Origin: a virus
Taxonomy: Duplodnaviria; Heunggongvirae; Uroviricota; Caudoviricetes
Reading direction: 5' to 3' (one strand)
Length of the DNA stretch: 64,000 nucleotides
IMG/VR virus record: IMGVR_UViG_3300012943_000028
Location: 112,642-176,641 of that record
Of this stretch, positions 30,301 through 39,723 are shown piece after piece. The position numbers and the translations under genes were made by a program. Numbering within the stretch: position 1 is the first letter of the stretch; each line of letters opens with the position of its first letter. The notes beneath the pieces are model-generated. The model was not told the origin of the DNA. It saw nothing but the letters and a program-made list of their open reading frames with translations, and did not search any database.

Positions 30301-31296
30301 GTGAAGCTGTCATTCCGCCAGGGCATCATTAGGAAGGAAACGAACGCATCGCCAGCGCTGCTCACGTGGCACTCGATGGCGCATGATAGCGTTGACCTTA
30401 ACGTTGGTCTTGGCAACACCTTCAGCCCAATCTCTGTGGCATTTGGTCACTATGGCTCTAACTACGTCGTCGATGAAACTAAGGACGTGGATAACGCCTG
30501 GATCGGTTTCCCAACCGGTGTCAACGTCTATCTCTATTGGGATATCGACCTTGCGACTGGCGCTCTCTCACGTGGATGGACTACCATTCCATGGGTGCAG
30601 AACTCAGTTGAGCCAATCAACCCAGTCAACAACCTCCATTGGTGGGACAACACCAACACACGCATGCGCGTGTATCGCAAACCAACGCCAGCCTCCACTG
30701 GAGTTTGGCAGGACAAAGTGCGCGTGTTTGTTGGTTGGATTCAGAACGGTTCAACCCTACACACTTACCCTCTTGGCTCACAGGTGGGCATCACTGGAAA
30801 GTTTGACGGTGGTAACCTAATTCTAGGCGCCAACAACGTTCCACTAAAGCAGCAGAACGGCACGTTCGTCACCACCGCAACAGACCTCATCATTCAGCAG
30901 ACCACAGGCCAGAACGTTCAGTTTGATGCTGCTCTTGTATTTGCTGAAGCCGCTGAAGAAATTCCAGCCTTCACGTGTGTTGCATTCCGCCCATACAAGA
31001 TGATCAATCTTGCTGGCGTCTATGAAGAAAATTCAGTCATCGTTGAGCGCTTTGCAAATGGAATCAGCGTGCAGTCGCTTGCACAAGAAGAAGTTGGTCA
31101 GATCGTGTCAAATGGCGTAATCCGCAATGACCAGTGGATGTGGGAACCAGAACAGATCGGTCGCCCACTTTTCTGTGGGCCACTTGGCGAGGTGCAGCTT
31201 ACACCGCCTCTTGCTGGCTTCGTGCAGCAGATCGGCACAGTGTTTGACACTGATGCTATCTACCTAAACATCTTTCCACCGGTGCGCATCTCATGA
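30301..31296 (+). CDS. virion structural protein
   Basis: GTG start after GAGG; YLYWDID motif; C-terminal domain of capsid-cement/decoration type (inference). Confidence 0.6.
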   Translation: MKLSFRQGIIRKETNASPALLTWHSMAHDSVDLNVGLGNTFSPISVAFGHYGSNYVVDETKDVDNAWIGFPTGVNVYLYWDIDLATGALSRGWTTIPWVQNSVEPINPVNNLHWWDNTNTRMRVYRKPTPASTGVWQDKVRVFVGWIQNGSTLHTYPLGSQVGITGKFDGGNLILGANNVPLKQQNGTFVTTATDLIIQQTTGQNVQFDAALVFAEAAEEIPAFTCVAFRPYKMINLAGVYEENSVIVERFANGISVQSLAQEEVGQIVSNGVIRNDQWMWEPEQIGRPLFCGPLGEVQLTPPLAGFVQQIGTVFDTDAIYLNIFPPVRIS

Positions 31297-32384
31297 GCAA
31301 GCCAGTAATTCTAGAAGATGATGGCGTCTTTGGCCAGCTTCCAGACGGCGGCATCATCAATGCTGGCGGAACAGATCAAGATACTTGGACTGTTGGTGGT
31401 CAGGGCGTAATTCTTGATGATGGATCAAGCTCAAGTGGTGGTCCAGGTATCACGCTGCAAAAGGTGTATGACAACACGCCGAACATTGGTGGTGCTGCAT
31501 CTCTTGTTCTTGAAGATGGCAAGGACCTTGTCATCAAGGACCCAGATGACGGCACGTTTGTGCGTATTTCAGGAAAGACTGGATCGGCTCCTGGCCAGAA
31601 GGCGAAGGTCACCATCAACGGTGATCTTGAAGTCACTGGCGACACCACAACGATTGACACCGTCATTCAAGACAGCGACCATTGGGTCATCTCTCCTGCT
31701 AGCGGTGCAACATCAGCGCTCGTCATCCGCCCAGACAACGGTGTTACCCCTCTCGTCGACCTCGTGTCCGTGCGCAAGACGTATGTAACAGCACCGGTAT
31801 TTCGAATCACGAAAGATGGGGACGTCATCTCTACGGAGAACCTGACGATCGGCAAGGCACTTTCAGTGGATGGTGGAGACCTCTACTGGAACCCAGGCGT
31901 CAAGAGCCTACAGCTTGGCAACACCACTGGTACAGGCCGCCCATACTTTATCGGTTCACCTGGCAGTGTCTACATCTTTGGTGGAAATGATGGTGCCGGT
32001 AACGCCCTACAGTTCGGTTATGGTAACCCTGGTGGTGCCCCGGACGGCAGCATTCGAGTAAATACGACAGGTGCATGGGCGTTTGATGGATCAGACTTCG
32101 GTACAGCCGGGCAGATTCTAACGTCAAATGGTCCTACGGCTCCTCCTACCTGGCAAACCTCCGCCAGCTCAAGTACAGTTTTTGGCTATGAGCACGTTCA
32201 GTCTGTTGATTCCACTACGTGGACGATCATGCACAACGGCAATACGCTGAGAACTTCAGTTACCATCTACGATACTCTATACGAGCAGATCATACCAGAG
32301 CGGGTACAGATCATCGACGCTAACACGATTGTGGTTACATTCACAGCCGCAATCGCTGGAAGTGCGATGGTTTTCCTCTTCTAA
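31293..32384 (+). CDS. fibre-like protein with C-terminal HxQ...TW.I.HN domain
   Basis: Gly-rich, GTAGQILTSNG..APPTW fibre motif and terminal repeat-family domain. Confidence 0.6.
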   Translation: MSKPVILEDDGVFGQLPDGGIINAGGTDQDTWTVGGQGVILDDGSSSSGGPGITLQKVYDNTPNIGGAASLVLEDGKDLVIKDPDDGTFVRISGKTGSAPGQKAKVTINGDLEVTGDTTTIDTVIQDSDHWVISPASGATSALVIRPDNGVTPLVDLVSVRKTYVTAPVFRITKDGDVISTENLTIGKALSVDGGDLYWNPGVKSLQLGNTTGTGRPYFIGSPGSVYIFGGNDGAGNALQFGYGNPGGAPDGSIRVNTTGAWAFDGSDFGTAGQILTSNGPTAPPTWQTSASSSTVFGYEHVQSVDSTTWTIMHNGNTLRTSVTIYDTLYEQIIPERVQIIDANTIVVTFTAAIAGSAMVFLF

Positions 32385-32396
32385 ACCTAGCCTAAT

Positions 32397-32404
32397 CATA
32401 AATA
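32397..32404 (+). promoter_or_regulatory. late promoter
   Basis: CATAAATA in intergenic gap. Confidence 0.55.
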
Positions 32405-32449
32405 GTGTTCGAAAGTCTATCATAGCATCAGCTTCATAGGACTACTCGA

Positions 32450-32680
32450 ATGTCAAAGAAAAGTATCGAGACGCAGGACATTGTTCTTGCGGCTACGCTA
32501 AAGGTTTTGGGTTACCGCCTGGACACCATTCAGAAGGTTGGAAACAAGGGCATCTTCTTCTTCAACGATGTTGACGAAGCGGTTGTCAATGATTACGATC
32601 TTGGAAATCTGAAGGTGGAGCCGGTTGCGTTCAACTCAGCGATTAAGGCGCTTACGACGGCAAGCCGTCGTATTCTGTAA
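32450..32680 (+). CDS. DUF5659-like small protein
   Basis: TQDIVLAATL...GY.L...F.F...VEP..F...K pattern. Confidence 0.6.
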   Translation: MSKKSIETQDIVLAATLKVLGYRLDTIQKVGNKGIFFFNDVDEAVVNDYDLGNLKVEPVAFNSAIKALTTASRRIL

Positions 32681-32708
32681 CGTATTGGCTCTCAAGGGAG
32701 AATGACGA

Positions 32709-35267
32709 ATGAAACTCAATGGTAATCTGGTACTCAATGCCCTCGGCACGAGCGAAATCCAGAACGCATTTTTGGAGCGCCTGGACACAACACCAAGCTT
32801 CAACGCCTCAGACGAAGGTCGTCTGATCTACAACACCACCACGTCGCTGTACTACTACAACGACGGTTCTGCATGGGTTCCATTCGCAACTGGTGGTAAC
32901 GCTGCACTGCTGCAGACTGAAGTTGACAACATCGAAGCCGCCCTCGGCGCCGGTGTCAACAGCAACGGTCAGTTCCAGTCAGGTGCATTCTCAACTGGCT
33001 CGATCATCGATGATGCAACAAGCTTCACCGATGCTCTACTCCAGCTTGACGCAGCATCTGCAGGTCACGACACCCTCGGCGAGCTTGAGGACGTAGACCT
33101 CGGCACCCTCACTGGTGGCGAGTTCCTCCAGTACAATAACGGCACGAGCAAGTGGGAAGAGCATGTTCTCGTTCTCGCAGACGTTTCTGATGTCACCGCA
33201 TCTGCCGCCGAAGTCAACATCCTCGATGGCGCAACGCTATCAACCACTGAGCTCAACTACGTCGATGGCGTAACCTCGCCAATTCAGACGCAGCTTGACA
33301 ACAAGCAGCCACTTGACGCCACACTGACGGCTCTTGCTGCCTTCAACACCAACGGCATTGTGGTTCAGACCGCTGCCGACACGTTTGCAGGTCGCACGCT
33401 CACGGCGCCAGCCGCTGGTATCACGATCACCAACCCAGCTGGTATCGCAGGCAACCCAACGTTTGCACTTGCAAACGACCTCGCCGCTCTTGAGGGTCTC
33501 GCAACATCCGGCTTCATCGTCCGCACTGGTGACGGCACCGCAACTACCCGTGAAATCACTGGTACTGCCGGCCGCATCGTTGTTTCAGATGGTGATGGTA
33601 TCGCTTCGGACGCAAACATCGATCTCGAGACGGTCGCTGACTCAGGCTCAGGTTCATTCCTCAAGGTTTCAGTTGACGGTTACGGCCGTGTAACTGGTAC
33701 CCAGGCTGTCGTAGCAGGCGACATCACCGCTCTCGTTGACGCAACATACGTCAACGCAGCTGGCGATTCGATGACCGGCAACCTCAACATGGGCAACAAC
33801 AAGGTAACGGGTCTCGCACCTGGTACCGCTGGCACTGACGCAGTCAACAAGAACCAGCTCGATGCTCTCTACGCAGGTCTTTCATGGAAGCAGGCAGTAC
33901 GTGCAGCAACAACCGCCACCGTTGATCTCTCGACTGACCTCGAGGCAACCGACGTAATCGACGGTGTTACCCTCGTCGCCGGCGATCGTGTTCTCGTCAA
34001 GGACCAGGCCGCACCTGAAGAGAACGGTATCTACATCGTTCAGGCCTCTGGCGCAGCAGTGCGCTCTGTCGACCTTGACGATGCAAGCGACTTTGCCGCT
34101 GCAACCGTGTTCGTCACCGAAGGTACCGTCAACGCCGACTCTGGTTGGACTCAGACCGCTGAGATCACCACGGTTGACACTGACGCTGTAAACTTCGTGC
34201 AGTTCACCGGTTCTGGCACCTACATGGCAGGTACTGGTCTTGCTCTCTCAGGCAACACCTTCAACGTCAACCTCGGTGCTGGTATCGTCGAACTCCCAAC
34301 CGACGAAGTTGGTATCGATCTCCACGACGCTGCAACTGGCGCAATCATCCTCACGACGACTGGTACCAACCGTACCACCGTCACGGGTGCTAAGCTTCAC
34401 CTTCTGATCCCAGCAGGTGCAGGTATCACGCAGGACGCAACTGGTCTCTACATCCCAGCTGATGGTGTCACCAATGCAATGCTTGCGAACGACAACGTCG
34501 GTCTCAACGCTGACTCTGGTACAAGCACCCTCACCCTCGGTCAGACGCTCCTCGTCGCAGGTGATTCGGTACAGGGTATCAACTCCTCAGTATCTGGTCA
34601 GACTGTAACGATCACAGCCGCCAACGCATCTTCTTCGCAGAAGGGTGTTGCTAGCTTCGATTCTGGTGACTTCACGGTTACCGCAGGTAACGTCGTTATC
34701 GCCACAGCAGGTATCGACAACGCACAGCTTGCCAACAGCACCATCACGGTTGCTGGTACTTCAGGCAGCGATGCAGTTGCTCTCGGTGAGACTCTCACCG
34801 TTGTCGGTGGTGCAGGTGGTGAAACCTCAACTGCCGTCACCGCAAACCAGATTGCAATCTCGGTTCGTGACGCAACGGTATCACTCAAGGGTGTTGCAAG
34901 CTTCGATGCTGCAGACTTCAGCGTAACTGCTGGTGCAGTATCTCTCGTAGACAAGGACCTCGACAGCCTGACAGACGTAACGATCACAACGCCAGCCGCT
35001 GGTCAGACGCTCGTGTACGACTCAACGGTTGATGGTGGTGACTTCGTCAACAAGAAGATCTACTTCCTCTACTCAGGCTCTTCAAGCACCGTCCACACGG
35101 TAACTCACAACATCGGTCAGCAGTACTGCAACGTTACGGTTGTAGATGCCACCGACGAAGTGATCATCCCAGAGTCAATCTCATTCACGGATGAGAACGA
35201 GCTCGAGGTAACCTTCACCTCTGCAATCGCATGTAAGGTCGTCGTAATGGGTGTCCCAGTAGCCTAA
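32709..35267 (+). CDS. long fibre protein
   Basis: Ala/Gly/Thr-rich; L.DV repeats, KGVASFD..DF.V..G repeats, IDGVTLVAGDRVLVKDQ domain, terminal HN domain. Confidence 0.75.
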   Translation: MKLNGNLVLNALGTSEIQNAFLERLDTTPSFNASDEGRLIYNTTTSLYYYNDGSAWVPFATGGNAALLQTEVDNIEAALGAGVNSNGQFQSGAFSTGSIIDDATSFTDALLQLDAASAGHDTLGELEDVDLGTLTGGEFLQYNNGTSKWEEHVLVLADVSDVTASAAEVNILDGATLSTTELNYVDGVTSPIQTQLDNKQPLDATLTALAAFNTNGIVVQTAADTFAGRTLTAPAAGITITNPAGIAGNPTFALANDLAALEGLATSGFIVRTGDGTATTREITGTAGRIVVSDGDGIASDANIDLETVADSGSGSFLKVSVDGYGRVTGTQAVVAGDITALVDATYVNAAGDSMTGNLNMGNNKVTGLAPGTAGTDAVNKNQLDALYAGLSWKQAVRAATTATVDLSTDLEATDVIDGVTLVAGDRVLVKDQAAPEENGIYIVQASGAAVRSVDLDDASDFAAATVFVTEGTVNADSGWTQTAEITTVDTDAVNFVQFTGSGTYMAGTGLALSGNTFNVNLGAGIVELPTDEVGIDLHDAATGAIILTTTGTNRTTVTGAKLHLLIPAGAGITQDATGLYIPADGVTNAMLANDNVGLNADSGTSTLTLGQTLLVAGDSVQGINSSVSGQTVTITAANASSSQKGVASFDSGDFTVTAGNVVIATAGIDNAQLANSTITVAGTSGSDAVALGETLTVVGGAGGETSTAVTANQIAISVRDATVSLKGVASFDAADFSVTAGAVSLVDKDLDSLTDVTITTPAAGQTLVYDSTVDGGDFVNKKIYFLYSGSSSTVHTVTHNIGQQYCNVTVVDATDEVIIPESISFTDENELEVTFTSAIACKVVVMGVPVA

Positions 35268-35292
35268 TAGCTAACGGGCAATGAATGAAAGA

Positions 35293-35320
35293 GGGACTCT
35301 TCGGAGTCCCTTTTTCTTTT
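35293..35320 (+). terminator. rho-independent terminator
   Basis: GGGACTC-TTCG-GAGTCCC followed by TTTTTCTTTT (cUUCGg tetraloop). Confidence 0.9.
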
Positions 35321-35323
35321 GGC

Positions 35324-35331
35324 GATAAATA
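35324..35331 (+). promoter_or_regulatory. late promoter
   Basis: GATAAATA immediately after the terminator. Confidence 0.6.
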
Positions 35332-35366
35332 CAGTATCTCGATCATACCGTTCAGGGGACGACTCA

Positions 35367-35969
35367 ATGAAATTTCACGGCGAAGCAAACCTCCAGCAGA
35401 ACTTCCTTAGGAATGCGGTCATCCCTTTGGATGAAGACTTTCCTACTACTCCTGTAGTCGGTCAGCTGGTATTCACGCAGGGCATTCTCTACATCTGCGT
35501 GCAGATCGTCGATGATCTCCCATACTGGGTTCCACTTACGCAGGTGATCACCTCGTTCGTTCACTATCAGGATTCAGCATCTGCTTCATGGGAAATTGAA
35601 CACAACCTCAACAGCTCAGCTGTTAGCGTCACCGTGTATGACACGATGAACCGTGTTGTGATCCCTAATGATGTCACGATCCTCAATGCATCTAACGTTC
35701 AGGTAGATTTCGGTGCCCCATTCCAGGGTTCAGCCGTCGTTCTTACCGGCAACCCTGACGGCGCAGTTGCTCCGACATACGCATTCGAATTCATGCAGAC
35801 GTCGCCATCAACAACTTGGACCATCAACCACGGTCTCGGTCGCTACCCAATCGTTCGCGTGTTCGTCGGCAACCAGGAAGTTCAGCCAGCTTCTGTCGTC
35901 TTCACCAACATCAACACTGTGACGCTGACCTTTACCACGCCACAAGTTGGTCAGGCGAAGCTGATCTAA
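35367..35969 (+). CDS. small fibre-associated protein with two HxQ...W.I.HN domains
   Basis: Start re-called at ATG 35367; tandem domains HYQDSASASWEIEHNL and FMQTSPSTTWTINHGL. Confidence 0.7.
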   Translation: MKFHGEANLQQNFLRNAVIPLDEDFPTTPVVGQLVFTQGILYICVQIVDDLPYWVPLTQVITSFVHYQDSASASWEIEHNLNSSAVSVTVYDTMNRVVIPNDVTILNASNVQVDFGAPFQGSAVVLTGNPDGAVAPTYAFEFMQTSPSTTWTINHGLGRYPIVRVFVGNQEVQPASVVFTNINTVTLTFTTPQVGQAKLI

Positions 35970-35978
35970 GGAGTTAAC

Positions 35979-36224
35979 ATGCCTGGCAAAATTCATCATC
36001 CAGCAGTTTACCGCCACGAGCAGGCCTCTGCTTTGCAGGTGTGGAATGTCGCACATAATCTCGGTGGAAACGGTTCAACCGGCATTCCAATCGTAGATGT
36101 GTTTGTCGAATATGAAAGCGCTGTGCAGAAGATCATTCCGAGCTCGGTTGAAATTGTAGACGCAAACAACGTCACCATCACGTTTACAACGGCGCGTAGC
36201 GGTTACGCAATCATCGTCGTTTAA
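35979..36224 (+). CDS. single HxQ...W..HN domain protein
   Basis: HEQASALQVWNVAHNLG...IIPSSVEIVDANNVTITF; AGGAG RBS. Confidence 0.7.
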   Translation: MPGKIHHPAVYRHEQASALQVWNVAHNLGGNGSTGIPIVDVFVEYESAVQKIIPSSVEIVDANNVTITFTTARSGYAIIVV

Positions 36225-36234
36225 GGGGAACGCA

Positions 36235-36504
36235 ATGCCTTGGTCACCACAACCATTTGAAAGCGGTGTTCGTGTATGGACACACTATCAGAACTCACCG
36301 CTTGCAACGTGGAACATCGAACATGGAATGAGCGTTGAGCCACTCGTCGAGGTTCATGCCTACGATGACAGCAACGTTCTTCAGAAGGCGTTTCCACTTT
36401 CTATCGTGCAGGTAGATGAGAACAATACGACCATTACGTGGTCTTCACCACGCAAGGGTATCGCCATCTTCGTAGCAACTCCACTGTTTACTGTAGCCCC
36501 ATAA
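36235..36504 (+). CDS. single HxQ...W..H domain protein
   Basis: HYQNSPLATWNIEHGM...FPLSIVQVDENNTTITW. Confidence 0.7.
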   Translation: MPWSPQPFESGVRVWTHYQNSPLATWNIEHGMSVEPLVEVHAYDDSNVLQKAFPLSIVQVDENNTTITWSSPRKGIAIFVATPLFTVAP

Positions 36505-36541
36505 CACCCGCTGTTAGCATCACATATCATAGGAGATGACC

Positions 36542-36991
36542 ATGTCAGGATTTGCAAACTTTATCCCTGGCGTCGGACAAGCAAAGCTGATCGGAATCGG
36601 AATTGCCGCTGCTGGCGTCCTTGCCGTTGCCATTTGGATCGGCGTGCTACGCCACCAGGTGTCAAGCCTTCGTGAGGACAATGCTGTTCTTACACAGAAC
36701 AACAAGGTCCTTCAGGACAACAACGACACTCTGAAGGGAAACCTCAAGACCGCCACTGAGGCCAACGAGACCAACACTAAGACCATTGAAGGTCTGAAGA
36801 AGGAACGTCAGGCCGCCGTCAACTCTGTTGCCGACCTTGCCAAGAAGCAGAAGTCAAACGCTGCAACTATCGGTCAACTCCAGACACAACTATCTGACAT
36901 GCGCAAGGATGCAGCGAACAACGGTGAGCTAGCTCCTGTTCTTCGTGAAACCATCCGTGGCATTCAAAACACCGCTGAGGTGACTCCATGA
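36542..36991 (+). CDS. inner-membrane spanin (Rz-like)
   Basis: N-terminal TM helix followed by coiled coil; overlaps the lipoprotein gene by ATGA; AGGAG RBS. Confidence 0.75.
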   Translation: MSGFANFIPGVGQAKLIGIGIAAAGVLAVAIWIGVLRHQVSSLREDNAVLTQNNKVLQDNNDTLKGNLKTATEANETNTKTIEGLKKERQAAVNSVADLAKKQKSNAATIGQLQTQLSDMRKDAANNGELAPVLRETIRGIQNTAEVTP

Positions 36992-37389
36992 AGAAGCTCC
37001 TAATCATTGCACTTGCTGCTTCGCTAACCGCCTGTGGTATCAACCCAGTCAAGCCTGAGCGCCAGACTGTCAAGGAAGTTTCGTACATCGTTGCAGTTCC
37101 TCCAAAGGAGCTAACGACGCTGCCAGCTAAGGTTCCTAACATTGACGTTGATGTAGCTGACCAAGCCACCGCCGCCGACTGGCTCTTAAAGAAAGAGAAG
37201 TACACGCGTGATGTCGAGGACCTCATGACGGGGATGGCGCAGTACCTAGTCGATCTTCAGGCAAAATTGGATGAGAAGGCCAAGGCCGACAACGCTGCTG
37301 CAATCAAGGCCGCAGATGAGTATGACGCTAACGCTGCAAAGCGTGCCTCAGAAAAGAAGGTTGAGCTGAACGCCCAGCCATCGAGGTAA
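36988..37389 (+). CDS. outer-membrane spanin lipoprotein (Rz1-like)
   Basis: Signal MKKLLIIALAASLTA-C lipobox, Pro-rich segment. Confidence 0.75.
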   Translation: MKKLLIIALAASLTACGINPVKPERQTVKEVSYIVAVPPKELTTLPAKVPNIDVDVADQATAADWLLKKEKYTRDVEDLMTGMAQYLVDLQAKLDEKAKADNAAAIKAADEYDANAAKRASEKKVELNAQPSR

Positions 37390-37391
37390 CG

Positions 37392-39062
37392 ATGGGTTGT
37401 GACTGCGCCAAGGTCGAGCGCACTCCACTTTGGAGCGCAGTTCCAGAGTATCGGCAGCCGACTGAAATCCAGAAGGGTGAAAACATTGAGTGCTATGCAA
37501 AGCGCTCAGGGTCCCCCTCTGGCCAGAAGAACGACATTGGTTCTCAACCGATCAACAAGATCAAGAACACCTCATTCACGTCAAGCTTGAGTGGTACAGT
37601 GAGCCAGACATTTGAGCTCACGCCAAACTCCACGCCAACTGGAACTGTTGTATGGCAGTTCGTCATCGACGGAATCAATCGCACTAACACAACGTTCCTA
37701 GGCATCTACTGGGATTCTAGTGGTGTCATTAGCGGAACGGTGGATGATGCATCTGCTAACGTCGCCTATCAAGTTCTTGCGTCAGCATCGGATGACAATG
37801 GAAGTCTGGACTCTCGTGGCTTCACCTTCTTCCCAAAGAAGAATGCTGGCAAGGGCGAGACGATCAAGTTTGTCATGCCTCTTATCGGCGGTACTGCAAG
37901 GGTAACGTGTGCATACGGACCACGTACACCTCCAGCTCCTGGCGCCAGCTCAATGCATAATGGCATTGACCTTGCGCTAACAGATCACTCTCAAGGAACA
38001 ATCGTGGCAGCCGCCGACGGTGTCGTCGTGAAGGCAGGACCAGCAACCGGATTTGGTAATTGGGTTGTGATTGAACACTATGACTCTTCACGGCGCCTTG
38101 TCTGCACCACCGTCTATGGCCACATGAAGACCATTTTTGTCAATGTCGGTGATAAGGTTGCAGCAGGACAGAAGATTGCGCTTGAGGGAAATGAAGGCAT
38201 TGGCTCTGGCATGCATCTTCACTTTGAAATTCACAAGGGTCAGTGGAGAGCACCAACTGATCCAGTACCGTACCTCGACGGCACCATCGACGTTGCAAAC
38301 AACAATGATCCAAACGTTGAGGGTCCTGATGGAACGCCAGAACCAACTGGGTATGATACCGTTGTCACGTCAGATTCAGGTATGACGACTGATGAGGGCA
38401 ATGCGACGAACAAATGTCCAGGAGATGCTGACACTCCAGAGGTTTCACCTGGTGTAGATAGCGGTGCTCTTCCAGAAGATACTGCAATCGATGATCGTGC
38501 AATCCAAGGCATCGACAACCCGCCAACACCGCCAGTCAACAACGTTGGAAAGAACCGCAGCGCCTGCGCCCCGACAACAACACCATCATCTATGGATGTG
38601 ATTACTGCAATTTGGCAGGCGTGTGACGAGGATATTGACATCACTGATGACGACAGAACGTTCATTCAGACTGTGGCACAGATCGAAAGCAACCTTGATC
38701 CATATGCCAAAAACCCAACATCATCAGCAACTGGTCTCTACCAGTTCCTTGATGCCCTCGCCGTGAAGTACTACGGTGAGCTTGGTGTTCCTCCAACATG
38801 CGCTAACCGCTGCGACCCACTCATCGCCACGCGTGCAATGATCCTCTTTTACAAAGCAGAGATCAAGCCGTACTACCAAGAATTTATAAACACAGGTAAG
38901 ATTGCCGGTAAAACACCAAAAAACACGGATTGGTCAGCTCAGTACGCAAAGCTAAGTTCAGGCGACTTCATGTACGGCCTAGTGCACCATGACGGTGTAG
39001 GAAATGCGGTGAAGGGAAAGGACCTTGGCGGCGTGGACTACTGGCGCAAGAAGGTCACGTAA
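37392..39062 (+). CDS. multidomain peptidoglycan hydrolase: Ig-like + M23 peptidase + SLT/lysozyme-like
   Basis: M23 HNGID, YGHM and HLHFE; SLT-like IESNLDPYAKNPTSSATGLYQF. Confidence 0.85.
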   Translation: MGCDCAKVERTPLWSAVPEYRQPTEIQKGENIECYAKRSGSPSGQKNDIGSQPINKIKNTSFTSSLSGTVSQTFELTPNSTPTGTVVWQFVIDGINRTNTTFLGIYWDSSGVISGTVDDASANVAYQVLASASDDNGSLDSRGFTFFPKKNAGKGETIKFVMPLIGGTARVTCAYGPRTPPAPGASSMHNGIDLALTDHSQGTIVAAADGVVVKAGPATGFGNWVVIEHYDSSRRLVCTTVYGHMKTIFVNVGDKVAAGQKIALEGNEGIGSGMHLHFEIHKGQWRAPTDPVPYLDGTIDVANNNDPNVEGPDGTPEPTGYDTVVTSDSGMTTDEGNATNKCPGDADTPEVSPGVDSGALPEDTAIDDRAIQGIDNPPTPPVNNVGKNRSACAPTTTPSSMDVITAIWQACDEDIDITDDDRTFIQTVAQIESNLDPYAKNPTSSATGLYQFLDALAVKYYGELGVPPTCANRCDPLIATRAMILFYKAEIKPYYQEFINTGKIAGKTPKNTDWSAQYAKLSSGDFMYGLVHHDGVGNAVKGKDLGGVDYWRKKVT

Positions 39063-39543
39063 GAATCGACTTCAGATCGGCGATGAGCGGATACGGATGT
39101 CCGTGTTTGAAGCGCTTCCAATATTGCGGATGGTGATACTGCCAGAACAACTCGACGTTGGCGGTCTTCGACAGCCATTTCATGGCATTTCCACCTAGCG
39201 CAATCATTTCAATGGATGGTGGCAGGTGATCGAGAACTTGTGCCGAGATCGGCACTCCGTGCCGATCATATGCGTTAATCCACACAAGATCATGCTCATC
39301 AATTCCGGCTTGCTCTAGCTGAAGGTTCAACCAGCCTGAACAATTGAGAATGGAATAGAACGGAGTGTGGTGGTAGTTTGCCTGAGTAGGCGCTCCAGGG
39401 CCGGGACGATCGCCAATGAGAAGCACCTTTGGTGCTTTCAATCGCTTGCCAGCTAGAAGCTTGAGGTACGTGTCCTTACGAACCCTAAGCCGGTGAAGAA
39501 TTGCCCTCTTAGTATCTGAGGGCAGAGCGTCGTACACGCTCAT
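39055..39543 (-). CDS. uracil-DNA glycosylase-superfamily-like protein
   Basis: VLLIGDRPG, WINA, IALGGNA and HPQY motifs. Confidence 0.6.
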   Translation of the reverse strand: MSVYDALPSDTKRAILHRLRVRKDTYLKLLAGKRLKAPKVLLIGDRPGPGAPTQANYHHTPFYSILNCSGWLNLQLEQAGIDEHDLVWINAYDRHGVPISAQVLDHLPPSIEMIALGGNAMKWLSKTANVELFWQYHHPQYWKRFKHGHPYPLIADLKSILT

Positions 39544-39668
39544 TCAACAACGACGTCCTTGGTCTTCTTTTCGAGAATCTCGATGCGACGCTTCATCTCC
39601 TGAAGGCGCAGTGCGAGGTAGCCAATGCCGGCAAACAGAACAGCAATTGCGAGGTAAGTGTAGTTCAT
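39540..39668 (-). CDS. small single-pass membrane protein (42 aa)
   Basis: Manual translation MNYTYLAIAVLFAGIGYLALRLQEMKRRIEILEKKTKDVVVE; ATGA overlap; promoter directly upstream. Confidence 0.65.
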   Translation of the reverse strand: MNYTYLAIAVLFAGIGYLALRLQEMKRRIEILEKKTKDVVVE

Positions 39669-39693
39669 GGAGTTGTCCTAGTGACCAAACACC

Positions 39694-39723
39694 ATTATAT
39701 CTAGCAGCTACGACAGAGTAAAC
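39694..39723 (-). promoter_or_regulatory. early promoter
   Basis: GTTTAC-N18-TATAAT (T4 early-type -35). Confidence 0.7.

Noticed and set aside
31293-36504. Repeated fibre domains as possible diversity-generating retroelement targets
   Set aside because: Copies are similar only at protein level; no near-identical TR/VR pair with adenine-specific differences and no reverse transcriptase in the window
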